This document shows positions 41,162 through 50,528 of a stretch of DNA of 64,000 bases, piece by piece. Below the pieces are notes generated by a model. It saw only the letters and a program-made list of their open reading frames with translations. It had not been told where the DNA came from and did not search any database. The first letter of the stretch is position 1; each line of letters opens with the position of its first letter. The stretch comes from Candidatus Cloacimonadales bacterium (GTDB taxonomy: Bacteria; Cloacimonadota; Cloacimonadia; Cloacimonadales; JAFGVF01). The stretch spans positions 2,240,001 through 2,304,000 of the forward strand of contig OY762964.1 of the NCBI GenBank assembly GCA_963667035.1, given 5' to 3'. The position numbers and the translations under genes were made by a program.

Positions 41162-42037
41162 ATGTTGCAAGGTTCTTATGTTGCTCTTATCACACCATTT
41201 AAAAATGGAGAAATAGATTATAACAGTTTGGAAGGTCTTTTAAACTTCCATCTGGGAAACGGGACTGACGGTATATTGCTTCTTGGAACAACAGGAGAAG
41301 CTGCTGCTTTGGCTAATGATGAAAAGGAAAGCCTACTGCGTTTTGCGATTCAAAGATTAAAGGGTAAAGTGCCGATTATGGTCGGAACAGGAAGCTATAA
41401 TCTTAAGCAAACCATTTCCAACACAAGAAACGCTTTTAAATTGGGAGCTGATTATGCTTTAGTTATCACTCCTTACTATATAAAACCAACACAACAAGGA
41501 ATGTATGAATACTTTAAAGCTGTTTCCGAACAGGTTGAGGGTAAAATAGTAATCTACAATGTTCCCGGACGCACAGGTGTTAACATCAGTTCTAAGACAA
41601 CTGTAGACCTTGCTCGGGATTGCAAAAATATAGTTGGTATAAAAGAAGCGTCGGGCGATCTAATTCAGGCTACCGAGATTATAAGAGATGCTCCGAAAGA
41701 TTTCTCTCTTATGTCCGGAGAAGATCCTATCGTTATGCCTACAATGGCAATAGGAGCCAGAGGTTGTATATCGGTAACCGCAAATATTCTTCCCGATAAG
41801 CTTCATCAATTAGTTACTCTTTCTTTGGAAGGAGAATATTCAAAAGCAAAATATCTCCATGAGGAATTATTGGAGATAAACAGAAAGATGTTTATCGAAA
41901 CTAATCCTATCCCTGTAAAAGAAGCTCTTGCCATGATGGGCATGATAGACCTAGAATTCAGACTTCCAATGTGTCCATTAAAAGGAGAAAACAGGGTTAT
42001 CCTTCAAAATTGCCTTAAGAAAATGAATCTTATCTAA
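41162..42037 (+). CDS. dapA: 4-hydroxy-tetrahydrodipicolinate synthase
   Basis: ALITPF, GTTGE, TPYY.KP, YNVPGRTG, GIKEASG, ETNPIPVK. Confidence 0.96.
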   Translation: MLQGSYVALITPFKNGEIDYNSLEGLLNFHLGNGTDGILLLGTTGEAAALANDEKESLLRFAIQRLKGKVPIMVGTGSYNLKQTISNTRNAFKLGADYALVITPYYIKPTQQGMYEYFKAVSEQVEGKIVIYNVPGRTGVNISSKTTVDLARDCKNIVGIKEASGDLIQATEIIRDAPKDFSLMSGEDPIVMPTMAIGARGCISVTANILPDKLHQLVTLSLEGEYSKAKYLHEELLEINRKMFIETNPIPVKEALAMMGMIDLEFRLPMCPLKGENRVILQNCLKKMNLI

Positions 42038-42051
42038 GTGAAGGAGTATCT

Positions 42052-42504
42052 ATGAAAGTCCTGCTTGTTTATCATACAAAATCAGGACATACCCTTGAAG
42101 CTGCAAAGGCTATCGAAGAAGGTATTCGATATGCCGGGCATTCTATCAAAGTCGTTCCCGTTAAAGAATGTGAACATTCCACGTTAAGCAATTACGAGAT
42201 AATTATCTTCGGCACTCCAACCTGGTTTGGAGGAGCATGCGGACCAATTAAAAGCTTTATCCATAAGATACCCGACAAAGTACTAGGCGATAAAATGTGT
42301 GCTTCTTTTGCTGTCATGGGTGGTTCGGGAGGACACAGAGCAGTAGATGAAGTTAAGCTTTTATCAATGGAGAAAGGTTGTGTGGATTTTGTTCCCGGTC
42401 CGGTAATGCAAGCCGGAGGATTTCTTTCAATGTGGAAAGGATATCCGGTAACTCGAGGTGATCTTGAGAAGTGCAGGGAGTTTGGCTCGGAACTGGTTAA
42501 ATAG
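42052..42504 (+). CDS. Flavodoxin-like protein
   Basis: YHTKSGHT, FGTPTWFG, FAVMGG. Confidence 0.85.
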   Translation: MKVLLVYHTKSGHTLEAAKAIEEGIRYAGHSIKVVPVKECEHSTLSNYEIIIFGTPTWFGGACGPIKSFIHKIPDKVLGDKMCASFAVMGGSGGHRAVDEVKLLSMEKGCVDFVPGPVMQAGGFLSMWKGYPVTRGDLEKCREFGSELVK

Positions 42505-42577
42505 TAATAAAACCCTTTTGTAACTTTACAGAAATACCGGATTATATCAGATGTAAAAATGATAAAAGGAGTCTTAT

Positions 42578-43261
42578 ATGTACCTAATGGGTGACCCTAC
42601 ATTTGTACTGATTATTCTGGTTATGATTGTTGCAATGATTGTGCAACGACAAGTTGTAGCTAACTATAGAAAATATGCTAAAGTAAGGAATTTAAACGGG
42701 CTCTCGGGAGCTGAAGCTGCTCGCATTATATTAGATAGCAACGGACTCAATGATGTACAGATTGAGCCTGTGAGAGGAGAACTGACTGATCACTATGACC
42801 CGAGAACAAGGACAGTCAGACTCTCAGCTCATAACTATTCGGAGCCATCTGTATCTGCAATAACCATTGCAGCTCATGAATGCGGTCATGCCTTACAGCA
42901 TGCCGAAAACTATGCTCCGTTATCCCTTAGAGCTTCCATTTTACCTGTTGCAAATATCGGCTCACACGGAGCTTTCCCTCTTTTCCTTATGGGTTTCCTA
43001 TTCAGTATAGGACCGTTAATGGATTTAGGGATTATATTGTTTGCAGGAGCTTTATTGTTCCATCTGATTACACTTCCGGTTGAGTTTAATGCCTCAAGAC
43101 GTGCCTTTATTCAATTGGAACAAGCAAACATTATCGAACAGAATGAGTTACCAGGAGCACACAAAGTCCTTAATTCGGCAGCTCTAACCTATGTTGCTTC
43201 AACTTTAATGGCATTAGTGCAGTTAATCAGACTGATTATTTTACGAGGTAATCGCAATTAA
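42578..43261 (+). CDS. Membrane zinc metallopeptidase (YugP-like)
   Basis: LTDHYDP, AAHECGHALQH, TLPVEFNAS.RA, AALTYVA. Confidence 0.92.
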   Translation: MYLMGDPTFVLIILVMIVAMIVQRQVVANYRKYAKVRNLNGLSGAEAARIILDSNGLNDVQIEPVRGELTDHYDPRTRTVRLSAHNYSEPSVSAITIAAHECGHALQHAENYAPLSLRASILPVANIGSHGAFPLFLMGFLFSIGPLMDLGIILFAGALLFHLITLPVEFNASRRAFIQLEQANIIEQNELPGAHKVLNSAALTYVASTLMALVQLIRLIILRGNRN

Positions 43262-43716
43262 TGAAATTTATCCTCACCTCAGAACTCAATAAATTGGCCA
43301 AAAAACTCCGGTTTATCGGTTATAACTCTTCCGTTAACCGGAGTTTGAGTTCACATGCACTTATTCGTTTGGCAATCAAAGAAGATAGGATAGTTCTTAC
43401 AAGAAGCGGTAAGATAGCAAAAGATAAACATCAATTCAAGAGAATATTGATTAAGGATTCCGACCCTCAGAAGCAATTTGAATTTGTTGTGAAAGAACTA
43501 AAGTTAACCCCTGAATTTGCTTTTACAATTTGTACCGAATGCAATCACAATCTGTTCTCCATTCCTAAAGAGAAAGTCGCAATTAATCTTTCTGATAAAG
43601 TTTTAAACAATTACAATGAGTTTAAATACTGCCGTCATTGCGGTAAATACTACTGGAAAGGAACCCACTACGATAACACTTTAAAACAGGTAACAAGTTT
43701 TCTTGAAGATATGTAG
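43261..43716 (+). CDS. Mut7-C RNase domain protein
   Basis: L.KLAK.LR..G, E.R..LTR, CxxCN, CxxCGKYYWKGTH. Confidence 0.85.
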   Translation: MKFILTSELNKLAKKLRFIGYNSSVNRSLSSHALIRLAIKEDRIVLTRSGKIAKDKHQFKRILIKDSDPQKQFEFVVKELKLTPEFAFTICTECNHNLFSIPKEKVAINLSDKVLNNYNEFKYCRHCGKYYWKGTHYDNTLKQVTSFLEDM

Positions 43717-43790
43717 GCAGATTGTAAATATTTACTTGCCTATTCCTCAGAAAGATTTATCCTGCCTTTATAATTAATTTGGAGGCCAAT

Positions 43791-44144
43791 ATGACCGAAG
43801 ATAAAAAACATGACTGCCAATGCGGTAGCGATTGTGGACATGATCATGACCACGATCATAATCACGAAGAAGTGAATGAAGATAGTTTATTCATAGATAT
43901 GGAACTTGAAGACGGAACAACAGTTAGTTGTGAAGTATTAGGTACCATAGAGCTGGATGGAAAAGATTATATTGCTGTACTTCCTGAAGAGAGTGAAACT
44001 TTCTGGGTTTACAAATATGAAGAGCAGGATGATTCAATTCAGCTTGATAACATTAGTGATGAAGAAGAATTCAAGAAAGTAGTGGATACTTTTGAAGAAG
44101 TTCTCAACGAAGATGACGAGGACTATTTCGAAGAAGAAGAATAA
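43791..44144 (+). CDS. DUF1292 protein with Cys/His-rich N-terminus
   Basis: LEDG....CEVL..IELDGKDYIAVLP, L.NI.DEEEF; HDCQCGSDCGHDHDHDH. Confidence 0.8.
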   Translation: MTEDKKHDCQCGSDCGHDHDHDHNHEEVNEDSLFIDMELEDGTTVSCEVLGTIELDGKDYIAVLPEESETFWVYKYEEQDDSIQLDNISDEEEFKKVVDTFEEVLNEDDEDYFEEEE

Positions 44145-44261
44145 ACCAGGTCAGCTTATAGATTTTAAAAAGGGTTATCTCATTAAGATAACCCTTTTCT
44201 ATTTCATGTAAAGTAATAGGGACGCTTAAACAGCATCCCTTTTACAATATATCACAACAGT

Positions 44262-44636
44262 CTATACACTTTTGGTTCTGACAAAGAATTGAATTATCTC
44301 AGGTTGAAAGAGCCATATATAAAGACCAAAAAGTATAATCTGAATAGCAAACAGTAACCAGAATATACGTTTAAAAGACTTCTTACTTGTTTTGTGATGA
44401 AAGAGCCATTGCCCGATAATAGCAAAAGGTGTACCACCACTAAACATCATTGTGTGTAAAACTATCTCGGGTATTCTGGAATAACCTTTGATTGCAAGGA
44501 ATTTATCTATGCCGTAAGCTCCGAAGGTTATCAGGTTTGCAGATAACAACCAAGAGAATACCGGACCTAGATAAAGCCAAAAATATAATCCTATGGCAAT
44601 AGCCAAAATGATTATTAGTGTTATTATTATACGCAT
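44262..44636 (-). CDS. DUF1294 membrane protein
   Basis: N.ITF..YG.DK..A....RIPE..L, GG..A..GQ.LFHHKT.K..F. Confidence 0.85.
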   Translation of the reverse strand: MRIIITLIIILAIAIGLYFWLYLGPVFSWLLSANLITFGAYGIDKFLAIKGYSRIPEIVLHTMMFSGGTPFAIIGQWLFHHKTSKKSFKRIFWLLFAIQIILFGLYIWLFQPEIIQFFVRTKSV

Positions 44637-44637
44637 T

Positions 44638-45852
44638 TTACTCTCTTTTTCCTGCATATTGGAAAGTTACTTCCACGCGTCTATTCTGTTCTCTTCCCTC
44701 TTTTGTCTCGTTATCAGCGATAGGTTTTATCTCTCCAAAGCCGAGTACCTCTTCATTAAACTCTTCTTTGCATTTCTCTTTGAGATAATTCACAACTGAC
44801 TCCGCTCTTCTGTAAGAGAGGTCATAATTATAATCCTCAGAGCCTATGCTATCCGTATGACCCGAAATCTTAACGGTTGATACGAGATGATGCTTATCAA
44901 TAGTAGAAGCAAGGTCTTTAAGAATCTTCATATTATCGGTACCGGTATTCAATAATGCCGAATCAAATTCGAAGTTAAGTTGATATGTTTTTGAGAATGT
45001 TTCAATCTCGGGTGCCTGTGGCGGAGGAGGTGGTATAACATATCCCAATTCAATATTTACAACTCTCGGATATTCAAAGTATTTATCGCTTGATTCCAGA
45101 ACAAAGGATGACGGTTTGGAAGTATGCTCTAAATACTTAGCACTAATCCCCGAGACATTATCCCCCATTTCGTATTTAAACCAATAATAACCTAAAGAAT
45201 CCGAGAGAGTTTTCTCATTCTCATTAGCATAAACAACGGCATTAGAAACAGGTTTTCCGGTTAAAGGATTCCAGATACGTCCGCTGATAATCTGTGTCCA
45301 AGGGTAGAATCTGTTCAGAATATCAATTTTGTTATATTTAGGCACAATTGTAGCAATCTCCCACAATGGACCCGGGTTCTTAGGGAAACGCTTTATCTGA
45401 GGGCTTACGTTCACAAGAGAACTTGTTACCTCTGTATATTCCTGAGTCGGATTACATATCATGTAAGACACAAGTGTGTCTCTTTTATAGACTTTAAGAA
45501 TCACAGGTGGCATTTGAACACCAATATCCGACATATAACTATTCATAGAGAACGGGTTTCTAAGATAGATGCGACATTGCTCCTGAATGTTACCCGGTAA
45601 GGTGATTTGATACTTCTGTTTGTCGAAGTCCATGGTTGAGGATGTTTTCTCAATCTTAATACCGGCTAAGCCCTGACCACCCTGAATCGAAAACTCATCA
45701 ACTACAATCTGATTGTTTCCCTGCTCATCAATAACATTCACGTAAGGATTAAGTTCGATTTCCATTGAGTTTATTTCAAACTCTATTCTGTAATCGACAG
45801 CACTTAATGAAAGAGCAAGCAACATCAATAGTATTACCAAAAATTTATTCAT
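44638..45852 (-). CDS. Exported protein with C-terminal OmpA/Pal peptidoglycan-binding domain
   Basis: FEFDSA, GHTDSIG...YN..LS.RRA.SV, NRRVEV; Pro-rich linker. Confidence 0.88.
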   Translation of the reverse strand: MNKFLVILLMLLALSLSAVDYRIEFEINSMEIELNPYVNVIDEQGNNQIVVDEFSIQGGQGLAGIKIEKTSSTMDFDKQKYQITLPGNIQEQCRIYLRNPFSMNSYMSDIGVQMPPVILKVYKRDTLVSYMICNPTQEYTEVTSSLVNVSPQIKRFPKNPGPLWEIATIVPKYNKIDILNRFYPWTQIISGRIWNPLTGKPVSNAVVYANENEKTLSDSLGYYWFKYEMGDNVSGISAKYLEHTSKPSSFVLESSDKYFEYPRVVNIELGYVIPPPPPQAPEIETFSKTYQLNFEFDSALLNTGTDNMKILKDLASTIDKHHLVSTVKISGHTDSIGSEDYNYDLSYRRAESVVNYLKEKCKEEFNEEVLGFGEIKPIADNETKEGREQNRRVEVTFQYAGKRE

Positions 45853-45906
45853 TTCATCTCCACAATATGTAAACACGTGCAAAGTTTAACTTTGCCCGAG
45901 AACAAT

Positions 45907-47052
45907 TTATTTAATCATCTCGTAGTAGCTATCCATTCGTTTACGAACTTTCACAAGATAGTTTCTTGTTTCCTCCCAAGGAACATCTTTGATGAGCTTT
46001 TTATATAACTTTTCACTATCCATTTCATTGAGGTCATTCATCATCTTATCCCATTTCTTCTGACCAATCTTGTTCATCTTACCTGTCATAGCTTTGTAAA
46101 TAGTACCCCAACCGCCATTAAAGCTACATGTAACGGCATAATAAAGATTACGTTTATTCTGAACCTTAGGCCATTTCTTGTTAGCAATCCAGCTTAAATA
46201 ACCGATACCCATTTCAGCATTAAAGTCGGCATCGAAGAGTTGTTTGGATGTTGGCGGTTTACTTGATTTGTGTAACTCTTTATTCATAGTTGCACCAGCA
46301 TATTTAGGAACAATTTGCATTAAACCGTAAGCATTACCGTGACGGTTATATGCTTTTGGATTAAAAGAAGACTCTGTTTCAATGATAGCCAAAGCTAAAG
46401 GCACATCAATCTTGAAACGTTCACAGCTTTTAAATACAGTTGGAAGATAATGACTAGCTCTTTTCTTTACCTGATTAGGTATAAGATCAAGGTCGATTTT
46501 GTATACTGTACGAAGTTTACCGTCATCACCTTTAACCTCTTCGGTCTTGGCATTTTCTACGATAGCTTCGGCAACTTTATCAAGATTCTTCTCGTCAATC
46601 ACTTGGTCTTTATTATCAGGAACTTCTACCTGACCTTCAAGAATAGCTTTTCCTGTGTCGTCTTTCTCTTGGAGAATGGATTTAAGTTGTTCTTTAACAA
46701 TCGCTTTGGCTTTTTCTTTGCTCTTATCCTCTTTAGGATCAACAACAGCCTCTACCTGTACTTTTCCCTTCTCAAAATCAACTTCACTACGTCCTTCAAA
46801 ACCCTTAGTGTAACTCACCCATGTCTTTGGAGTTGATTCTTTATAAGTCTTCCACATATTCTCAATGTCTTTTTTATATTGAATGAATAGGGAGTCCTGC
46901 TCGGAATAGAAGTTTGCCATTTCCTTAGCTTCTTTCTCATAGAAGTTTTGGAAACCCTGTTTATCCTGCTTGGCAAAATCTTCAAAAGAATCCTGTGCAA
47001 ACAAACTTAGTGCAAGAATGAATAACATCCCCACGAAAAATATCTTTTTCAT
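45907..47052 (-). CDS. MltC-like lytic transglycosylase (DUF3393 + SLT)
   Basis: RS.VDFEKG...VE, AIIETESSFNP.A, AYGLMQIVP..AG, ETRNY. Confidence 0.88.
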   Translation of the reverse strand: MKKIFFVGMLFILALSLFAQDSFEDFAKQDKQGFQNFYEKEAKEMANFYSEQDSLFIQYKKDIENMWKTYKESTPKTWVSYTKGFEGRSEVDFEKGKVQVEAVVDPKEDKSKEKAKAIVKEQLKSILQEKDDTGKAILEGQVEVPDNKDQVIDEKNLDKVAEAIVENAKTEEVKGDDGKLRTVYKIDLDLIPNQVKKRASHYLPTVFKSCERFKIDVPLALAIIETESSFNPKAYNRHGNAYGLMQIVPKYAGATMNKELHKSSKPPTSKQLFDADFNAEMGIGYLSWIANKKWPKVQNKRNLYYAVTCSFNGGWGTIYKAMTGKMNKIGQKKWDKMMNDLNEMDSEKLYKKLIKDVPWEETRNYLVKVRKRMDSYYEMIK

Positions 47053-47235
47053 ATATCCTCCATAATTATCATTATCCTTAATAGCAAGGTAATGAATTCA
47101 AGAATGATAGTTGTCAATATTTTTTATTGTCACATCCCGCAATATCACCATTTCCTATTATTACTGAAACATATAATTCCCGGTCTCTGAATAAATACAA
47201 TCATGATTATCATCGCCTTCTTTTCGCCAAGGTCT

Positions 47236-47297
47236 CCCTTGGGGTTTCCCTTGCCTCGCAAGGGAGACCCGAGAGTAAGCCAAGAGCAACCAAAGGG
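47236..47297. repeat. 11-bp-periodic mirror element (CCCTTG / CAAGRG)
   Basis: Centre TCCCTTGC-ctc-GCAAGGGA; CAAGGG/CGAGAG/CAAGAG/AAAGGG at 47259, 47270, 47281, 47292. Confidence 0.7.
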
Positions 47298-47321
47298 GAA
47301 ATCTGACAATTCAATGTTTTT

Positions 47322-47486
47322 CTCGTTTTATTCTCATGTTGCACCCGTGACTAACAAGCACAAAATCAAAACAAGAATGTCACAAAAAACTTACAACTCT
47401 CTTACATAACTATGTAAGGTTTATGCAAGGGTTATGCAAGAGTCTCGTAAGATGGATGTGGTTATTTGTCACGAGAGTAACACGAG
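47322..47486. repeat. Nested 11-bp-periodic mirror elements (outer CTCGT/ACGAG, inner CTTAC/GYAAG)
   Basis: Outer cores 47322, 47333, 47344 and 47471, 47482; inner 47379, 47390, 47401 and 47414, 47425, 47436, 47447; centre CTTACATA-ac-TATGTAAG. Confidence 0.8.
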
Positions 47487-47625
47487 ATTGGAGGGATATT
47501 TATGGCTGAAAAACAGAATTTAATAATTTTTCAGTTGACTTGTTAAATTTCGTGAAAGTATTTATGCTTAAAGATTTAATGTAGGATAGTTAACAAACAA
47601 TATAGTTTATCCCTGTGAGGTGTAT

Positions 47626-49308
47626 ATGAAGATAGAGTTGATTGAGATTATAGATGAACATTTTCCGATGAAAATTGAAATGTCTAATATTTTCTTTGCA
47701 GGAATTACTTATCATAAAGACCAATTTCAGGATTATCCCTACACGGCAAGAGTTAGTGTCGATAATGTAGAAAAGACACTCGGATGCTTTATGCCGAATA
47801 TTGAAAGTGAGGATGAAGGGCTTGAGAACCTTATCCGAGAAGTTGAAAGACAGATAGGACTGGGAGAAAACAAACTGTTTCTTCCTAATGCTTATATCCC
47901 GAGATTCTGGTTTAATGAGGTATTCAGACAAATTAACCAAGCTTATCAGACAGAATTTTACTTCAACTTTGAAAATTCAGTACTAAAGAGTTGTGAGCTT
48001 AATAAAGTTAGATTAGGGGATAAGACAAGCTTTAGGAAGACATCACTCGGGGATAAGACAAGTTTTGATCATGCTAAGTTCGGGGAGAAGACAGACTTAA
48101 GGTATGCATCGTTCGGGAAGAATACAAGATTTGATTATGCTAAGTTCGGGGAGATTACTAGCTTTTGGAAGGCATCGTTCGGGGATAATTCAAGCTTTTT
48201 GAATGCATCGTTCGGGGATATGACAAGATTTGAATTTGCATCGTTCGGGGAGAATACTAGCTTTTGGAAGGCATCGTTCGGGGAGAATACTAGCTTTTTT
48301 AATGCATCGTTCGGAGAAAATACATACTTTGGGGATGCATCGTTCGGGGATGATTCAAGCTTTGCTAATGCATCGTTCGGGAAGAATACAATCTTTTGGG
48401 ATGCATCGTTCGGCGAGAATACTAGCTTTTTTAATGCATCGTTCGGAGAAAATACATACTTTGGGGATGCATCGTTCAATGGTGGTGCTGATTTTAGAGA
48501 TTCTGTTGCAAAAGGGATAAGCTTTGAGAATGCTACTGTTAACAAAGTGCTCTATCTTGGAAGAAATCATAATGATAGAACAGATAATCAAATGAGCTGG
48601 ATGAATTTAAAAGGATTAAGAGTCTATGGATTTCTGGAACCTGATTTGAGTATGGATTTCAAGAAAGAGTTGGCTCCTTGTGTGAAAGCTATTACAAATA
48701 AAGATGGTACAAAGGACCTAAATGCTATAAAAGAGACTTTCCATGTACTGAAGCAAGCATACAGTAAACTCGGGAGATATGAAGAGGAAGACTTGGCATA
48801 TTACGAGTTTAAGAGAGCAGAAAATAAGGAAAAGCGAGTGAAATATAAAAGCAGAAACTTCTTTGTTAATATATGGGGATATGTCTGCTGTGGATTAAGA
48901 ACCTTTACTTTAGATTGGTGTGGTGGATATGGAACCAAGCCTATTATGGTAATACTATTCATGCTTGGGGTCTACTTACTCTTTGCCTCAATATTCTTTG
49001 TTGCTCCTCAGTTAAACAATAAAGATATTATATGTGGAGCGGAAGATAAATACATAATACTTAACTTGAAGAATGAACCGATTAAACAGCCGATTCTGTA
49101 TGAAGCGGAATGCATTAAGGATTTGCCAATAAATAAAAGATTAGGAAAAGCAATGTACCATAGCGGAGTAACATTTCTTACTATCGGATACGGAGACTTA
49201 AGACCTTGTACAGGTTTAGGGATTTTCTTTTCAATACTAGAAGGTTTCTGTGGTCTTTTCTTAATGTCATATCTTACAATTGCTTTTTCTCGGAAGGTGT
49301 TGAGATAA
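47626..49308 (+). CDS. Pentapeptide-like repeat protein with C-terminal 2-TM potassium-channel domain
   Basis: ~15 11-aa repeats (xASFGxNTxFx), GGYG, YHSGVTFLTIGYGD, EGFCGLFLMSYLTIAF; SD GAGGTG. Confidence 0.9.
   Translation: MKIELIEIIDEHFPMKIEMSNIFFAGITYHKDQFQDYPYTARVSVDNVEKTLGCFMPNIESEDEGLENLIREVERQIGLGENKLFLPNAYIPRFWFNEVFRQINQAYQTEFYFNFENSVLKSCELNKVRLGDKTSFRKTSLGDKTSFDHAKFGEKTDLRYASFGKNTRFDYAKFGEITSFWKASFGDNSSFLNASFGDMTRFEFASFGENTSFWKASFGENTSFFNASFGENTYFGDASFGDDSSFANASFGKNTIFWDASFGENTSFFNASFGENTYFGDASFNGGADFRDSVAKGISFENATVNKVLYLGRNHNDRTDNQMSWMNLKGLRVYGFLEPDLSMDFKKELAPCVKAITNKDGTKDLNAIKETFHVLKQAYSKLGRYEEEDLAYYEFKRAENKEKRVKYKSRNFFVNIWGYVCCGLRTFTLDWCGGYGTKPIMVILFMLGVYLLFASIFFVAPQLNNKDIICGAEDKYIILNLKNEPIKQPILYEAECIKDLPINKRLGKAMYHSGVTFLTIGYGDLRPCTGLGIFFSILEGFCGLFLMSYLTIAFSRKVLR
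48004..48498 (+). repeat. 33-bp coding tandem repeat (~15 units)
   Basis: GCATCGTTCGG recurs every 33 bp; exact 63-bp duplication 48283-48345 / 48415-48477. Confidence 0.9.
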
Positions 49309-49454
49309 TAACAGAAGTGTTAATGATGGAGATTAATATTTTCGGATAGACGCATTAGGGATTAGAAGAGCATGTTTACAGTTGTGAGTAGAGTAATCTT
49401 ATTAAAGAGTTTAGGAATAAGATTGACATAAAACTTGAGATGGAAATGGTAGTT

Positions 49455-49610
49455 ATGTGTGGTGATTACAGAAGAGGGAATCCGGTTCAAATCCGGAGCG
49501 GTCTCCGCCACTGTAAACAGCAGTAGTTAAATCTACAAGGTTGAATGTCACTGAGAAATCGGGAAGGCATTCAGAGCACCTGCTGTAAGCCAGGAAACCT
49601 GCCACGCAAA
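49455..49610 (+). ncRNA. Cobalamin riboswitch
   Basis: AGGGAATCCGGTTCAAATCCGGAGCGGTCTCCGCCACTGTAA, CACTG..GGGAAGG, AAGCCAGGAAACCTGCC; upstream of uptake genes. Confidence 0.95.
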
Positions 49611-49748
49611 TTAATTCTGAATGACTTTTCGGAGCAAGAAGTCACGGAAATCGGTATATGTATTACCCTTTCCTCTCCTTACTCCCTGTCATTCGCGGGG
49701 AAAAGGTTTTCCACTCATTCTCCCCGCATAATAAGACAAGGAATAATT

Positions 49749-50528
49749 ATGCTTGAAATCAGAAATCTAAGTGCGGGATATCGTAATGAAGAGATATTAC
49801 ATAACGTCTCTTTTCATGCTGAGAACAGTGAGTTTATAGCTTTGCTCGGTCCAAACGGAGCAGGAAAATCAACTTTACTCAAAGCAATCATGGGATTTTT
49901 ACCTGCTTCCGAAGGTGCTATCAATATCAAAGGCAAAAACCTCAATGCTTGGAGTCGTAAACAACTTGCCTCAAAGATAGCTTTTATTCCCCAAGAAGCT
50001 TATCAGCAATTCCAATTTCAAGTGGAAGAAATTGTCTTAATGGGTAGATTCCCCTACCTGAACGTATTACAACGCTATTCCAAAGAAGATTATAGAGTTG
50101 TTAACGAAATCCTCGATACTTTCGATTTACTCTCACTGAAAGACAGATATTTGAATGAACTGAGCGGAGGAGAAAGACAAAGAGTTTTTCTTGCAAGAGC
50201 AATAGCCCAAAACACGGACATCCTTCTGTTGGACGAAACGTTCAGTCAGCTTGATATAAACCATCAGGTTGAGTTGATGAGATTACTTCATACAATACAT
50301 AAAGAGACAGGCAAACTTATCATATTAGTGTCTCATAACATAAATCTTACTGCTAACTTCTGCGATAGAATCATTCTTTTGAAATCGGGAAAGATAATTG
50401 CTGATGGCAATTCAGCAGAAATCATTAACTCGGATACTCTCGGTAAAGCTTATGATATGCAATTCGAGATTGCAACAAACAGCATTACAAAGCGTCCCAA
50501 CCTAATCTATCCGGGGATCAATGAATAA
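49749..50528 (+). CDS. ABC transporter ATP-binding protein (BtuD/FepC-like); start moved downstream of the riboswitch
   Basis: GPNGAGKST, LSGGERQR, LLLDE, VSH. Confidence 0.9.
   Translation: MLEIRNLSAGYRNEEILHNVSFHAENSEFIALLGPNGAGKSTLLKAIMGFLPASEGAINIKGKNLNAWSRKQLASKIAFIPQEAYQQFQFQVEEIVLMGRFPYLNVLQRYSKEDYRVVNEILDTFDLLSLKDRYLNELSGGERQRVFLARAIAQNTDILLLDETFSQLDINHQVELMRLLHTIHKETGKLIILVSHNINLTANFCDRIILLKSGKIIADGNSAEIINSDTLGKAYDMQFEIATNSITKRPNLIYPGINE

Noticed and set aside
47203..47409. Short ORFs over periodic elements (also 31293..31526)
   Set aside because: No recognisable protein features; 11-bp periodicity does not fit codon-based repeats
48004..48498. 33-bp periodic repeat as a CRISPR array
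   Set aside because: In-frame coding repeat, no unique spacers, no cas genes
49545..49748. N-terminal extension of the ABC ATPase ORF
   Set aside because: Overlaps the riboswitch; the ATPase domain starts at ATG 49749 with an SD-like AAGGA upstream
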